Positions 20,202 to 29,509 of a DNA stretch of 64,000 nt are shown one piece after another. The position numbers and the translations under genes are program-made. The notes under the pieces were generated by a model that was given only the letters and a program-made list of their open reading frames with translations, ran no database searches and was not told the origin of the DNA. The first letter of the stretch is position 1; each line of letters starts with the position of its first letter. The stretch spans positions 24,405 through 88,404 of the forward strand of contig CAZWXS010000003.1 of assembly GCA_964638005.1 (NCBI GenBank), given 5' to 3'. Origin of the DNA: an uncultured Lachnospiraceae bacterium. GTDB taxonomy: Bacteria; Bacillota; Clostridia; Lachnospirales; Lachnospiraceae.

Positions 20202-20951
20202 ATGGATTTGACATTCAAACTACAGGCATTTGAAGGACCGCTGGATCTGCTGCTGCATTTGATTGATAAGAATAAAGTGGATATCTATGATATTCCGATC
20301 GTCATGATTACCGAACAGTATCTGGATTATATCAAGCAGATGGATACGCAGGATCTGGATGTTATGAGTGAGTTTTTGGTTATGGCGGCTACACTGCTCG
20401 ATATCAAGTGCAAGATGCTTCTGCCGAAGGAAATCAACGAGAATGGCGAGGAAGAGGATCCCAGGGCGGAACTGGTACAGAAGCTGATTGAATATAAGAT
20501 GTACAAATATATGGCATATGAACTTCGTGATAAGCAGGTGGATGCGAAGAAGAACGTATTCAAATCCCCTACATTGCCGAAGGGAGTTGCGGATTATTCT
20601 CAGCCGATTGATTATGATGCTCTGGTGGGGGATATGGATCTTGCAAAGTTGAATCAGATCTTCAAGTCCATCATCAAGAAGCAGGAGGACAAGATTGATC
20701 CGCTTCGGAGTCAGTTCGGCAAGATTGAAAAAGACGAAGTCAATATGGAAGAGAAGACGGTCTATATTGAGGATTATGTGCGGACACATAAGAGATTCAG
20801 CTTTCGTAATCTGTTGGAGGCACAGCCGACCAAGATGGAGGTCGTTGTTACTTTTCTGGTGATATTGGAATTGATGAAAGTCGGCAGGATTATCATCGTG
20901 CAGGAAAGCATATTTGATGATATCATGATTACGGCAAAGGAAGCAGCATAA
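20202..20951 (+). CDS. scpA: Segregation and condensation protein A
   Basis: FEGPLDLLLHLIDKNKVDIYDIPIVMITEQYL is the canonical ScpA N-terminus. Confidence 0.93.
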   Translation: MDLTFKLQAFEGPLDLLLHLIDKNKVDIYDIPIVMITEQYLDYIKQMDTQDLDVMSEFLVMAATLLDIKCKMLLPKEINENGEEEDPRAELVQKLIEYKMYKYMAYELRDKQVDAKKNVFKSPTLPKGVADYSQPIDYDALVGDMDLAKLNQIFKSIIKKQEDKIDPLRSQFGKIEKDEVNMEEKTVYIEDYVRTHKRFSFRNLLEAQPTKMEVVVTFLVILELMKVGRIIIVQESIFDDIMITAKEAA

Positions 20952-20961
20952 GGGAAAAAGT

Positions 20962-21684
20962 ATGAAGGATATGATGAGAGACGATACGATCAATACGGAA
21001 TTGGACGATATATTGGATGAGATGATTCCCGTAGATTTAGGGGAACCGGAGCCGGCAGAGGAGCCGGAAGTATTTCCTGCAACCGAGGACGGTGAGGAGG
21101 CAGATATGCCGGTACCGCCCGTAGAACATCCGGAAGCGGTTTTGGAAGCGATTCTGTTTTCAATGGGACACTCTGTGAGCCTGAAGCGGCTGGCATTGAC
21201 GGTTGGACGCGAGCAGGAGGAGACAAAGGAAATCCTGTATGAAATGATGGAACACTACAAGGATGCCGACAGAGGCATTACCATCATTGAACTGGAGAAT
21301 TCGTTCCAAATGTGCACGAAGAATGAAATGTATGAACATCTGGTCAGGATTACCAAGGTACCAAAGAATTATGTACTGACGGATACATTGTTGGAAACAT
21401 TGTCTATAGTGGCATATAAGCAGCCTGTGACGAGGCTTGAGATTGAAAAGATCAGGGGTGTCAGCTGTGACCATGCAGTGAACAAGCTGATAGAGTATAA
21501 TCTGATCACAGAGCTTGGCAGACTGGATGCGCCGGGCAGACCGCTCTTATTCGGAACGACAGAGGATTTTTTGAGGGCATTCGGTGTCAAATCACTGGAT
21601 GAGCTGCCGATACTCAGACAGGATCGGTTCGAGGACTTTAAGCGTGAAGCGGAAGAAGAAATTCAACTGAAATTGGATATTTGA
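20962..21684 (+). CDS. scpB: Segregation and condensation protein B (with an acidic N-terminal extension)
   Basis: LEAILFSMGHSVSL..., IVAYKQPVTRLEIEKIRGV and TTEDFLRAFG. Follows scpA. Confidence 0.92.
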   Translation: MKDMMRDDTINTELDDILDEMIPVDLGEPEPAEEPEVFPATEDGEEADMPVPPVEHPEAVLEAILFSMGHSVSLKRLALTVGREQEETKEILYEMMEHYKDADRGITIIELENSFQMCTKNEMYEHLVRITKVPKNYVLTDTLLETLSIVAYKQPVTRLEIEKIRGVSCDHAVNKLIEYNLITELGRLDAPGRPLLFGTTEDFLRAFGVKSLDELPILRQDRFEDFKREAEEEIQLKLDI

Positions 21685-21701
21685 TCATTGCACTTTTTAG
21701 A

Positions 21702-21760
21702 GAACGGAAGCAAATGACATTGATGGAACAACATTCATAGTCATTTGCTTCCGTTCTTTG
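21702..21760 (+). terminator. Strong hairpin terminator after scpB
   Basis: Perfect 17-bp stem GAACGGAAGCAAATGAC / GTCATTTGCTTCCGTTC with a 21-nt loop, then TTT. Confidence 0.7.
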
Positions 21761-21798
21761 TCATATATTCAAATGATGACAACAATGGGTGTTATTTT

Positions 21799-23082
21799 AT
21801 GCACAAATTATCGGATTATATCAAAGGAATATTATTGATCGGTATCATGACTGCAGTCTGTATGACTTGTGATGTCAGCGCCGAAGGTGAACCGGAGATC
21901 AGTGAGTTATATGCGACCTCTGCGGTGCTGATGGATGCGGACTCAGGCAGGGTTCTGTATGAGAAGAACGGCTATGAGCAAATGCCTATGGCGAGCACTA
22001 CAAAGATTATGACATGTATTCTGGCACTGGAAAACGGAAACCTGGAAGATCTGGTGACGGTATCAGACTATGCCGCTTCACAGCCCAAGGTCAGGATCGG
22101 AATGAAGGAAGGTGAGAAGTACAGGCTGCGGGATCTGCTGTATTCCCTGATGTTGGAATCACACAATGACAGTGCGGTGGCGATTGCGGAACATATCGGC
22201 GGCAGCGTAGAGGGATTTGCCGGTATGATGAATGAGAAGGCACGGGAAATCGGCTGTAAGGATACATATTATATCACGCCGAATGGTCTGGATGCGGTGG
22301 TGACGTTGACTGCGGGCGACGGAAAAGCCAAGGTAGAGACACATAGGACGACTGCCGTGGATCTAGCAAGAACCATGGCATACTGTATCGGCGAATCGGA
22401 ACAGGCAGAGATCTTTTTGGAGATTACGAGACGGGCGAATTATCAATTCTGCAATCAGATCGAGCAGGAGGATGGAGGCGGTACGAGAGACGGCAGCCAC
22501 AGCGTTTCCTGCAACAATCACAATGCGTTTCTCGGAATGATGGACGGAGCATTGTCCGGTAAGACCGGATTTACCAATAAAGCAGGATATTGCTATGTGG
22601 GAGCGCTGGAAAAGGATGATAAGACGTTGACGGTAGCTTTGCTGGCATGTGGATGGCCGAACCACAAGACCTATAAATGGAGTGATACCAAGAAACTTAT
22701 GCAGTATGGGCAGGAAAACTATGAATACAGAGCATTTACCGATGTTCCGATCATGGAGGAAAGACTGCAGCCGATTACGGTTCTGAACGGACAGACAGAA
22801 CGCATCGGCGGGCAGGCGTATACAGCATTGTCATACGAAGCCGTCGGCGGAGAGGATGCAGTTACGGGATTGCTGCTGCAGCCGAAGGAAGAGATTCAGG
22901 TCATCTATACGATACCGGAGGAACTGAATGCACCTGTCAGAGCCGGAAGCAAGGTCGGGAGCATCAAATATATGGTGAACGGAGAGGTGTGGCGCACGGA
23001 GATGGTCATGACCGTGGATGCGGTGGAAGCCATTGATTATGACTGGTGTCTTGCTAAAATAATCTCTATCTTCTTAGCCTGA
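21799..23082 (+). CDS. D-alanyl-D-alanine carboxypeptidase (second S11 paralog)
   Basis: ASTTKIMT, SHNDSA and KTGFT. Start moved to ATG 21799, downstream of the terminator; the RBS is weak. Confidence 0.88.
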   Translation: MHKLSDYIKGILLIGIMTAVCMTCDVSAEGEPEISELYATSAVLMDADSGRVLYEKNGYEQMPMASTTKIMTCILALENGNLEDLVTVSDYAASQPKVRIGMKEGEKYRLRDLLYSLMLESHNDSAVAIAEHIGGSVEGFAGMMNEKAREIGCKDTYYITPNGLDAVVTLTAGDGKAKVETHRTTAVDLARTMAYCIGESEQAEIFLEITRRANYQFCNQIEQEDGGGTRDGSHSVSCNNHNAFLGMMDGALSGKTGFTNKAGYCYVGALEKDDKTLTVALLACGWPNHKTYKWSDTKKLMQYGQENYEYRAFTDVPIMEERLQPITVLNGQTERIGGQAYTALSYEAVGGEDAVTGLLLQPKEEIQVIYTIPEELNAPVRAGSKVGSIKYMVNGEVWRTEMVMTVDAVEAIDYDWCLAKIISIFLA

Positions 23083-23316
23083 GCAGGTCAATTGGAAATA
23101 TTGTGAAACAAAACTTGTGAGAATAACGAATATTCAGACAAGTTACGAAAAAAAAACTTAATTTCATGCTATGCTCTTTTGAGAAGTTGTGTTATAATCA
23201 AATATGTGCGAATTTCTGCGGTTTTGACCGATTTTCACACCAAAAATCGACATGCAGACAGCGGTCGATTCACATGTTCAATTAAAAATTTTATATAAAA
23301 TGGAGGGCCAAACAAA

Positions 23317-24747
23317 ATGAGTAACACTTCTCAAGCGAGTCAAAGAATTCAAGCTTTGCTCGATGAAAACAGTTTTGTTGAGATCGGCGGTCTTGTTACG
23401 GCAAGAGCAACTGATTTTAACATGGAACCAAAAGACACTCCGGCCGACGGTGTAATCACCGGTTATGGATTGATTGACGGCAATCTGGTATATGTATACA
23501 GCCAGGATGTTTCTGTCATGAACGGCTCGGTAGGTGAAATGCATGCAAAGAAAATTACGAATCTGTATGACTTTGCATTAAAGATGGGCGCACCGGTAAT
23601 CGGACTTCTGGATTCAGCAGGACTCAGATTGCAGGAAGCAACTGATGCATTGAACGCATTTGGAGAGATTTATCAGAAGCAGGCTATGGTTTCAGGTGTG
23701 ATTCCGCAGATTACAGGTGTATTTGGCAACTGTGGCGGCGGACTTGCAATCTTTCCGGGAATGACAGATTTTACATTCATGGAAGCAGGCAAAGGTAAGT
23801 TATTTGTCAATGCGCCCAATGCAATCGACGGCAATGAAATCAGCAAATGTGATTCTTCTTCTGCCGAATTCAGAAGCGAAGAGTGCGGAGATGTGGATGT
23901 GGTTGCTGACGAGGCCTCCATTCTTGCACAGATCAGACAGCTTGTAACGATGCTTCCGGCTAACAACGAAGAGAACGGCTCATTTGATGAGTGTACGGAT
24001 GATCTGAACAGGACATCTACAGATCTTGCGAACTGTGTAGGCGATACAGCAATTGCACTTTCACAGATTGCAGACAACAATCTTTTCTTCGAGGTGAAGT
24101 CAGGTTATGCAAAGGAAATGGTAATCGGTTTCATCAAGCTGAACGGTACGACAGTCGGTGCGGTTGCTAACCGTACGGAAGTATATGATGCAGAGGGCAA
24201 CAAGGCAGAGACTTTTGATGCTGTATTATCGGCAAGAGGATGCGAGAAGGCAGCAGATTTCATTTCTTTCTGTGATGCTTTTGATATTCCGGTACTTTCA
24301 CTCACAAATGCAAAGGGCTTCAAGGCAACGATGTGCTGTGAGAAGAAGATTGCAAGAGCAGCAGCAAAACTGACATATGCATTTGCAAATGCAACGGTTC
24401 CGAAGGTAAATGTAATCATCGGACAGGCATTCGGCAGTGCTTACGTGACTATGAATTCAAAGGCACTCGGTGCAGACATGACATTTGCATGGTCTACAGC
24501 TTCTGTCGGTATGATGGATGCCAAGCTGGCAGCCAAGATCATGTATGACGGTAAGGGTGCGGATGTGATTGATGAGCAGGCAAAGAAATATGCTGAGCTT
24601 CAGTCAAGTGCGGAAGCAGCTGCAAAGAGAGGATATGTAGATACGATCATAGAAGCCGGCGACACCAGAAAATATGTCATCGGTGCATTTGAGATGCTGT
24701 TTACAAAGAGAGAAGAGCGTCCAAGCAAAAAGCATGGAACAGTTTAA
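23317..24747 (+). CDS. Acyl-CoA carboxyltransferase subunit (methylmalonyl-/glutaconyl-CoA decarboxylase alpha type, 12S-like)
   Basis: Two-lobed carboxyl-transferase fold: GVITGYGLIDG...GSVGEMHAKKI...GLLDSAG and NCGGGLA. GGAGGG RBS. The substrate cannot be read from the sequence. Confidence 0.88.
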   Translation: MSNTSQASQRIQALLDENSFVEIGGLVTARATDFNMEPKDTPADGVITGYGLIDGNLVYVYSQDVSVMNGSVGEMHAKKITNLYDFALKMGAPVIGLLDSAGLRLQEATDALNAFGEIYQKQAMVSGVIPQITGVFGNCGGGLAIFPGMTDFTFMEAGKGKLFVNAPNAIDGNEISKCDSSSAEFRSEECGDVDVVADEASILAQIRQLVTMLPANNEENGSFDECTDDLNRTSTDLANCVGDTAIALSQIADNNLFFEVKSGYAKEMVIGFIKLNGTTVGAVANRTEVYDAEGNKAETFDAVLSARGCEKAADFISFCDAFDIPVLSLTNAKGFKATMCCEKKIARAAAKLTYAFANATVPKVNVIIGQAFGSAYVTMNSKALGADMTFAWSTASVGMMDAKLAAKIMYDGKGADVIDEQAKKYAELQSSAEAAAKRGYVDTIIEAGDTRKYVIGAFEMLFTKREERPSKKHGTV

Positions 24748-24764
24748 GAAAGGTGATACTTAAT

Positions 24765-25562
24765 ATGAAGAAATTAAGATTAATATTATGTTTGATAACC
24801 TGCGTTCTCTGTATGACGGCATGTGGCAGTAAAGAGCCCAAGGTATTGGATCCGGGAGTGGAAGAAGGTGTTCTTTCATTATCTCAGTCCTATGTCAGCT
24901 TATTTGCACAGCTGCAGGGAGCATCCGCATCAGGTTTTGCTGATTTGGGTGCAGAGAAGGTCGAGTACATGTTTGAAAATGAATTCGCCCGCGCTGTAGA
25001 CGGAAACGGTATGATCGGCGCCATCACATCATGGGAATCAGCCAAAGCAGACATGGGAGATCCGGTCAGCATTGACGGTGCGGAAATCACCAATTATGAC
25101 GGCAAGGAAATCATAACAAATGTTCGGATTACAGGAACGGAAAGAACGGCAGTTGTTGAATTTATCTTTAAAGACGATCCATATTTGACAATGCAATCTG
25201 CGGCAACCAATGTAGACTTTACATTTGGCGAGAAGATGGAAAAGGCTGCTTTGAATACATTGCTCGGTATGGGTACGGTATTTGTGGTTTTGATTCTGAT
25301 TTCATTGATTATCAGCTGCTTTAGCTTTATTCCGAAATGGCAGGCGGCAAGTGAAGCCAGAAAACAGAAAAAGAAAATGAAAAAGACTGCAGCAGTTGAT
25401 AACACTGTGGCACAGATCATCGAAAAAGAGGAACTGTCGGACAATCTGGAGCTTGTGGCTGTTATAACAGCAGCAATCGCATCGGAAACAGGAACTTCAA
25501 CAGACGGATTTGTAGTAAGAAGCATTAAGAGAGTGAAAACGAATAAATGGCAGAGAGCCTAA
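24765..25562 (+). CDS. OadG/MmdD-like decarboxylase gamma/delta subunit fused to an N-terminal lipoprotein domain
   Basis: Lipobox LCMTACG, then about 150 aa of soluble domain. OadG-type TM helix ALNTLLGMGTVFVVLILISLII, Lys-rich linker and tail ELVAVITAAIASETG. Confidence 0.8.
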   Translation: MKKLRLILCLITCVLCMTACGSKEPKVLDPGVEEGVLSLSQSYVSLFAQLQGASASGFADLGAEKVEYMFENEFARAVDGNGMIGAITSWESAKADMGDPVSIDGAEITNYDGKEIITNVRITGTERTAVVEFIFKDDPYLTMQSAATNVDFTFGEKMEKAALNTLLGMGTVFVVLILISLIISCFSFIPKWQAASEARKQKKKMKKTAAVDNTVAQIIEKEELSDNLELVAVITAAIASETGTSTDGFVVRSIKRVKTNKWQRA

Positions 25563-25581
25563 CCAATAGGAGGAATAAGAA

Positions 25582-25962
25582 ATGAAGAATTATACCATTA
25601 CCGTTAATGGAAACGTATATGATGTAACAGTAGAAGAAGGAGCAACAGGAGCAGCAGTTTCGGCACCGGTAGCAGCACCTAAGGCAGCACCTGCAGCAGC
25701 ACCTAAGGCGGCACCTGCAGCAGCACCCGCAGCAAGCGCAGGAACAGGATCGGTTAAGATCGAAGCCGGCGCAGCAGGTAAGGTATTCAAAGTAGAAGCG
25801 AGTGCCGGACAGGCAGTGAAGTCAGGAGATACAGTGGTTGTTCTTGAGGCAATGAAAATGGAAATCCCTGTTGTGGCTCCTCAGGACGGTACAGTTGCAA
25901 GCATTGACTGTGCAGTAGGTGATGCAGTAGAAGCAGGCGCACTGTTAGCAACACTGAAATAG
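25582..25962 (+). CDS. Biotin carboxyl carrier subunit
   Basis: Ala/Pro linker plus the biotinylation motif EAMKMEI. 126 aa. Confidence 0.93.
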   Translation: MKNYTITVNGNVYDVTVEEGATGAAVSAPVAAPKAAPAAAPKAAPAAAPAASAGTGSVKIEAGAAGKVFKVEASAGQAVKSGDTVVVLEAMKMEIPVVAPQDGTVASIDCAVGDAVEAGALLATLK

Positions 25963-26003
25963 GGCAGATTTAGTTTAAGAGAAAATAACATGGAGGTCAC
26001 AAA

Positions 26004-27155
26004 ATGTCATATGTAGCAAATACATTGGAAAATCTGATTCAACAGACGGCATTTCTCGGCTTGAGCTGGGGAAATTATATTATGATTGCCGTTGCCTGTT
26101 TGTTTCTGTATTTAGCCATTAAAAAAGAGTACGAACCATTGTTATTGTGCCCGATTGCGTTTGGTATGCTGCTGGTTAATATTTATCCCGATATCATGAT
26201 GACGATAGAAGATTCCACGAACGGTGCAGGCGGTCTGCTTCACTATTTCTATCTGCTTGATGAATGGGCAATTTTACCTTCACTTATCTTTATGGGCGTA
26301 GGCGCAATGACAGACTTTGGTCCGTTGATTGCCAATCCTAAGAGTTTCTTGCTTGGAGCGGCAGCACAGTTTGGTATATTCATAGCTTACTTTGGAGCAA
26401 TTGCAATGGGCTTCAATGATAAAGCAGCAGCAGCTATTTCAATCATCGGTGGTGCAGACGGTCCTACATCCATCTTTCTTGCAGGCAAGCTTGGACAGAC
26501 GGCATTACTCGGACCGATCGCTGTAGCGGCATATTCTTATATGTCACTTGTACCGATCATTCAGCCGCCGATCATGAAATTATTTACGACTGAAAAAGAA
26601 CGTAAGATTAAAATGGCACAGTTACGTCCGGTATCGAAACTTGAGAGAATTCTTTTCCCGATCATCGTTACCATCGTAGTGTGTATGATACTTCCGACAA
26701 CAGCACCTTTGATCGGTATGCTGATGTTAGGAAACCTGTTCAGAGAGTCAGGCGTTGTCAGACAGTTGCAGGAGACAGCATCCAATGCACTGATGTACAT
26801 CGTTGTTATCCTGCTTGGTACTTCTGTAGGTGCAACGACAAGCGCAGAAGCATTCATTAAGATATCCACTCTTAAGATTGTTGCACTGGGACTTGTTGCA
26901 TTCGCATTTGGTACATTTGCAGGTGTTATGTTCGGTAAATTAATGTGTCTTGTTACGAAGGGTAAGGTTAACCCGTTGATTGGTTCCGCAGGTGTATCCG
27001 CAGTACCAATGGCAGCCAGAGTATCACAGAAGGTCGGCGCAGAAGCAGATCCAACCAACTTCTTACTCATGCACGCCATGGGCCCCAACGTAGCAGGTGT
27101 TATCGGAACCGCCGTAGCCGCCGGAACTTTCATGGCCATATTCGGTGTAAAATGA
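26004..27155 (+). CDS. Na+-translocating decarboxylase beta subunit (OadB/MmdB/GcdB family)
   Basis: 383 aa polytopic protein with the family pattern ...[14 protein letters not shown]... and ...[14 protein letters not shown]... Confidence 0.93.
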   Translation: MSYVANTLENLIQQTAFLGLSWGNYIMIAVACLFLYLAIKKEYEPLLLCPIAFGMLLVNIYPDIMMTIEDSTNGAGGLLHYFYLLDEWAILPSLIFMGVGAMTDFGPLIANPKSFLLGAAAQFGIFIAYFGAIAMGFNDKAAAAISIIGGADGPTSIFLAGKLGQTALLGPIAVAAYSYMSLVPIIQPPIMKLFTTEKERKIKMAQLRPVSKLERILFPIIVTIVVCMILPTTAPLIGMLMLGNLFRESGVVRQLQETASNALMYIVVILLGTSVGATTSAEAFIKISTLKIVALGLVAFAFGTFAGVMFGKLMCLVTKGKVNPLIGSAGVSAVPMAARVSQKVGAEADPTNFLLMHAMGPNVAGVIGTAVAAGTFMAIFGVK

Positions 27156-27385
27156 GACATGCACGAGCAGACAGGATGACAATGCAAGTTTACTTGCAAT
27201 TGTCGGGCTGGCTGATCGTATAGGGCGAAGCTCGCGATCTAATCAGTAGTTTGCAAAGCAAACTGCTGATATGTGAAGCAGACGAATGTCTGCGAATTGC
27301 GCATGTCGGACTAAGTATTTTAACAGACCATGCCCTTAAAATCCTGCATGTCGAACCAAATCAAATATAAATAGGAGGAAATAAA

Positions 27386-28813
27386 ATGTCAGAAACAGCT
27401 AAAAAACCGGTAAAAATTACCGAGACCATATTGCGTGACGCACATCAGTCCCTGATTGCAACACGTATGCCGACCGATGAGATGCTTCCGATCTTAGAGA
27501 AGCTTGACAAAGTCGGATATCACTCACTTGAGTGCTGGGGTGGAGCAACATTTGATGCATCACTTCGTTTCTTAAAGGAAGATCCGTGGGACAGACTCCG
27601 CAAGATCAGAGCAGAGGTTAAGAATACAAAATTGCAGATGCTCTTCAGAGGACAGAACATTTTGGGTTACCGCCCTTATGCAGATGATGTGGTAGAGTAC
27701 TTCGTACAGAAATCCATCGCAAACGGTATTGATATCATTCGTATCTTTGACTGCTTCAATGACCTGAGAAATCTGCAGGCTGCAGTAGATGCAACCAATA
27801 AGGAAAAGGGTCAGTCAGGCAAGGGTCATGCGCAGATTGCATTATCTTATACATTGGGTGATGCTTACACAATGGACTATTGGATGGATATGGCGAAGAA
27901 GATTGAAGAGATGGGTGCTGATTCTATCTGTATCAAGGATATGGCAGGACTTCTGGTTCCTTACAAGGCTTCTGAACTGATTACAGCCATGAAGGGTGCT
28001 ACAAAGCTTCCGATCCAGCTGCACACACATTACACATCAGGTGTTGCAGGCATGACATATCTGAAGGCTGTTGAAGCTGGTGTTGATGTCATTGACTGTG
28101 CTATGTCACCGCTTGCTATGGGCACTTCACAGCCTGCTACAGAGGTTATGGTTGAGACATTTAAGGGAACACCTTATGATACAGGTTATGACCAGAAGCT
28201 GCTGGCAGAGATTGCAGACTATTTCAGACCGTTCAGAGACGAGTGCCTTGCCAACGGATTGTTGAATCCGAAGGTTATGGGCGTTGACATCAAGACTTTA
28301 TTATATCAGGTACCGGGTGGTATGTTATCCAACATGGTATCACAGCTCAAAGAGCAGAATGCAGAAGACAAGTATTATGAAGTGCTTCAGGAGATTCCGA
28401 GAGTTCGTAAAGACCTCGGTGAGCCACCTCTTGTTACTCCTTCATCACAGATTGTTGGTACACAGGCTGTATTCAACGTACTCATGGGTGAGAGATATAA
28501 GATGGCTACGGATCAGACCAAGGCAGTGCTTAAGGGCGAATATGGCCAGACAGTTAAGCCTATGAGTCAGGAAGTCATCGACAAGGTTATTCCGGGTGAA
28601 GAGAGAATCACATGCCGTCCGGCAGATTTGATTCCGAACGAGCTTGATAAGCTGGAGTCAGAGATGAAGGAATGGAAGCAGCAGGATGAGGACGTATTGT
28701 CCTATGCGTTGTTCCCACAGGTTGCAGTTGATTTCTTCAAGTATCGTCAGGCACAGCAGGAAAAAGTAGATATGACAAAGGCAGATACTGCAAACGGAGC
28801 ATATCCTGTATAA
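27386..28813 (+). CDS. Oxaloacetate decarboxylase alpha / pyruvate carboxyltransferase (5S-like) domain protein without a biotinyl domain
   Basis: ITETILRDAHQSLIATRM and IKDMAGLL (carbamyl-Lys motif). 475 aa and ends before any AMKM motif. AGGAGG RBS. Confidence 0.9.
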   Translation: MSETAKKPVKITETILRDAHQSLIATRMPTDEMLPILEKLDKVGYHSLECWGGATFDASLRFLKEDPWDRLRKIRAEVKNTKLQMLFRGQNILGYRPYADDVVEYFVQKSIANGIDIIRIFDCFNDLRNLQAAVDATNKEKGQSGKGHAQIALSYTLGDAYTMDYWMDMAKKIEEMGADSICIKDMAGLLVPYKASELITAMKGATKLPIQLHTHYTSGVAGMTYLKAVEAGVDVIDCAMSPLAMGTSQPATEVMVETFKGTPYDTGYDQKLLAEIADYFRPFRDECLANGLLNPKVMGVDIKTLLYQVPGGMLSNMVSQLKEQNAEDKYYEVLQEIPRVRKDLGEPPLVTPSSQIVGTQAVFNVLMGERYKMATDQTKAVLKGEYGQTVKPMSQEVIDKVIPGEERITCRPADLIPNELDKLESEMKEWKQQDEDVLSYALFPQVAVDFFKYRQAQQEKVDMTKADTANGAYPV

Positions 28814-28867
28814 TTTTCCAATCACTATAAAATTTATTTTGTAGTAGCAATATTAAATAACGTATGT

Positions 28868-28910
28868 TATAATGAACAGGTGGTGCCATGGATAAGAGGT
28901 ACCGCCTGTT
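28868..28910 (+). promoter_or_regulatory. Extended -10 promoter followed by an imperfect 13-bp inverted repeat (candidate TetR operator)
   Basis: TGTTATAAT (TATAAT at 28868-28873). AACAGGTGGTGCC (28875-28887) and GGTACCGCCTGTT (28898-28910), with 11 of 13 positions complementary. Confidence 0.45.
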
Positions 28911-28948
28911 GTTATATTACGCGGACAGTGGAGAGGAGATTGCATAAG

Positions 28949-29506
28949 ATGGCAAGAAAAGAAACGATTACCAAGACAATGATCATTGATGGCGCTTTTG
29001 AACTGTTAAGGGAACAGGGTATGTATCATGTGACAGCCAGAAAGCTTGCGACCTATATCGGGTGTTCTACACAGCCGATTTTCAGAGTATTCAAAGGAAT
29101 GGATGAACTGAATAAGGAACTGTTTGCTAAAGCACGTGATTATTTCGAGGATTATTATGAGAAGTCAGAGAAGGAAAATGATACACCTTTTGTAGATCTT
29201 GGACTTCAATATATTCAATTTGCCAAGGCAGAGACGAATTTGTTCAAACTCTTGTTTATGACGAAGCTGGATGAGGACCAGACGATGTATGATCTTCTGA
29301 ACGGTAACAACAAGGGATTTGTTATTCGGGAAATTAAGAGGATTCCGAATCTGAATCCGGATCATGTTGGAACAATCTTTATGAAGATATTTACATTTAT
29401 ACACGGTATGGCGTGTATGGCGACAAGCGGAGAATTCGACCTCTCAGAAGATGAGGTTGTTGAGATGCTGGAAGATGCATATCATGCATTTGCAGGGCAG
29501 GCATAG
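28949..29506 (+). CDS. TetR/AcrR family transcriptional regulator
   Basis: The HTH region TKTMIIDGAFELLREQGMYHVTARKLATYIGCSTQPIFRVF is typical. Start at ATG 28949, after GGAGAGGAG. Confidence 0.88.
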   Translation: MARKETITKTMIIDGAFELLREQGMYHVTARKLATYIGCSTQPIFRVFKGMDELNKELFAKARDYFEDYYEKSEKENDTPFVDLGLQYIQFAKAETNLFKLLFMTKLDEDQTMYDLLNGNNKGFVIREIKRIPNLNPDHVGTIFMKIFTFIHGMACMATSGEFDLSEDEVVEMLEDAYHAFAGQA

Positions 29507-29509
29507 AAG

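Noticed and set aside
20220-20993. 257-aa ORF on the minus strand
   Set aside because: It is antisense to scpA, which is unmistakable. It is a shadow ORF.
25672-25725. 24-nt tandem repeat
   Set aside because: It encodes the Ala/Pro (AAPKAAPA) flexible linker that is normal for biotin carboxyl carrier proteins. It is not an independent element.
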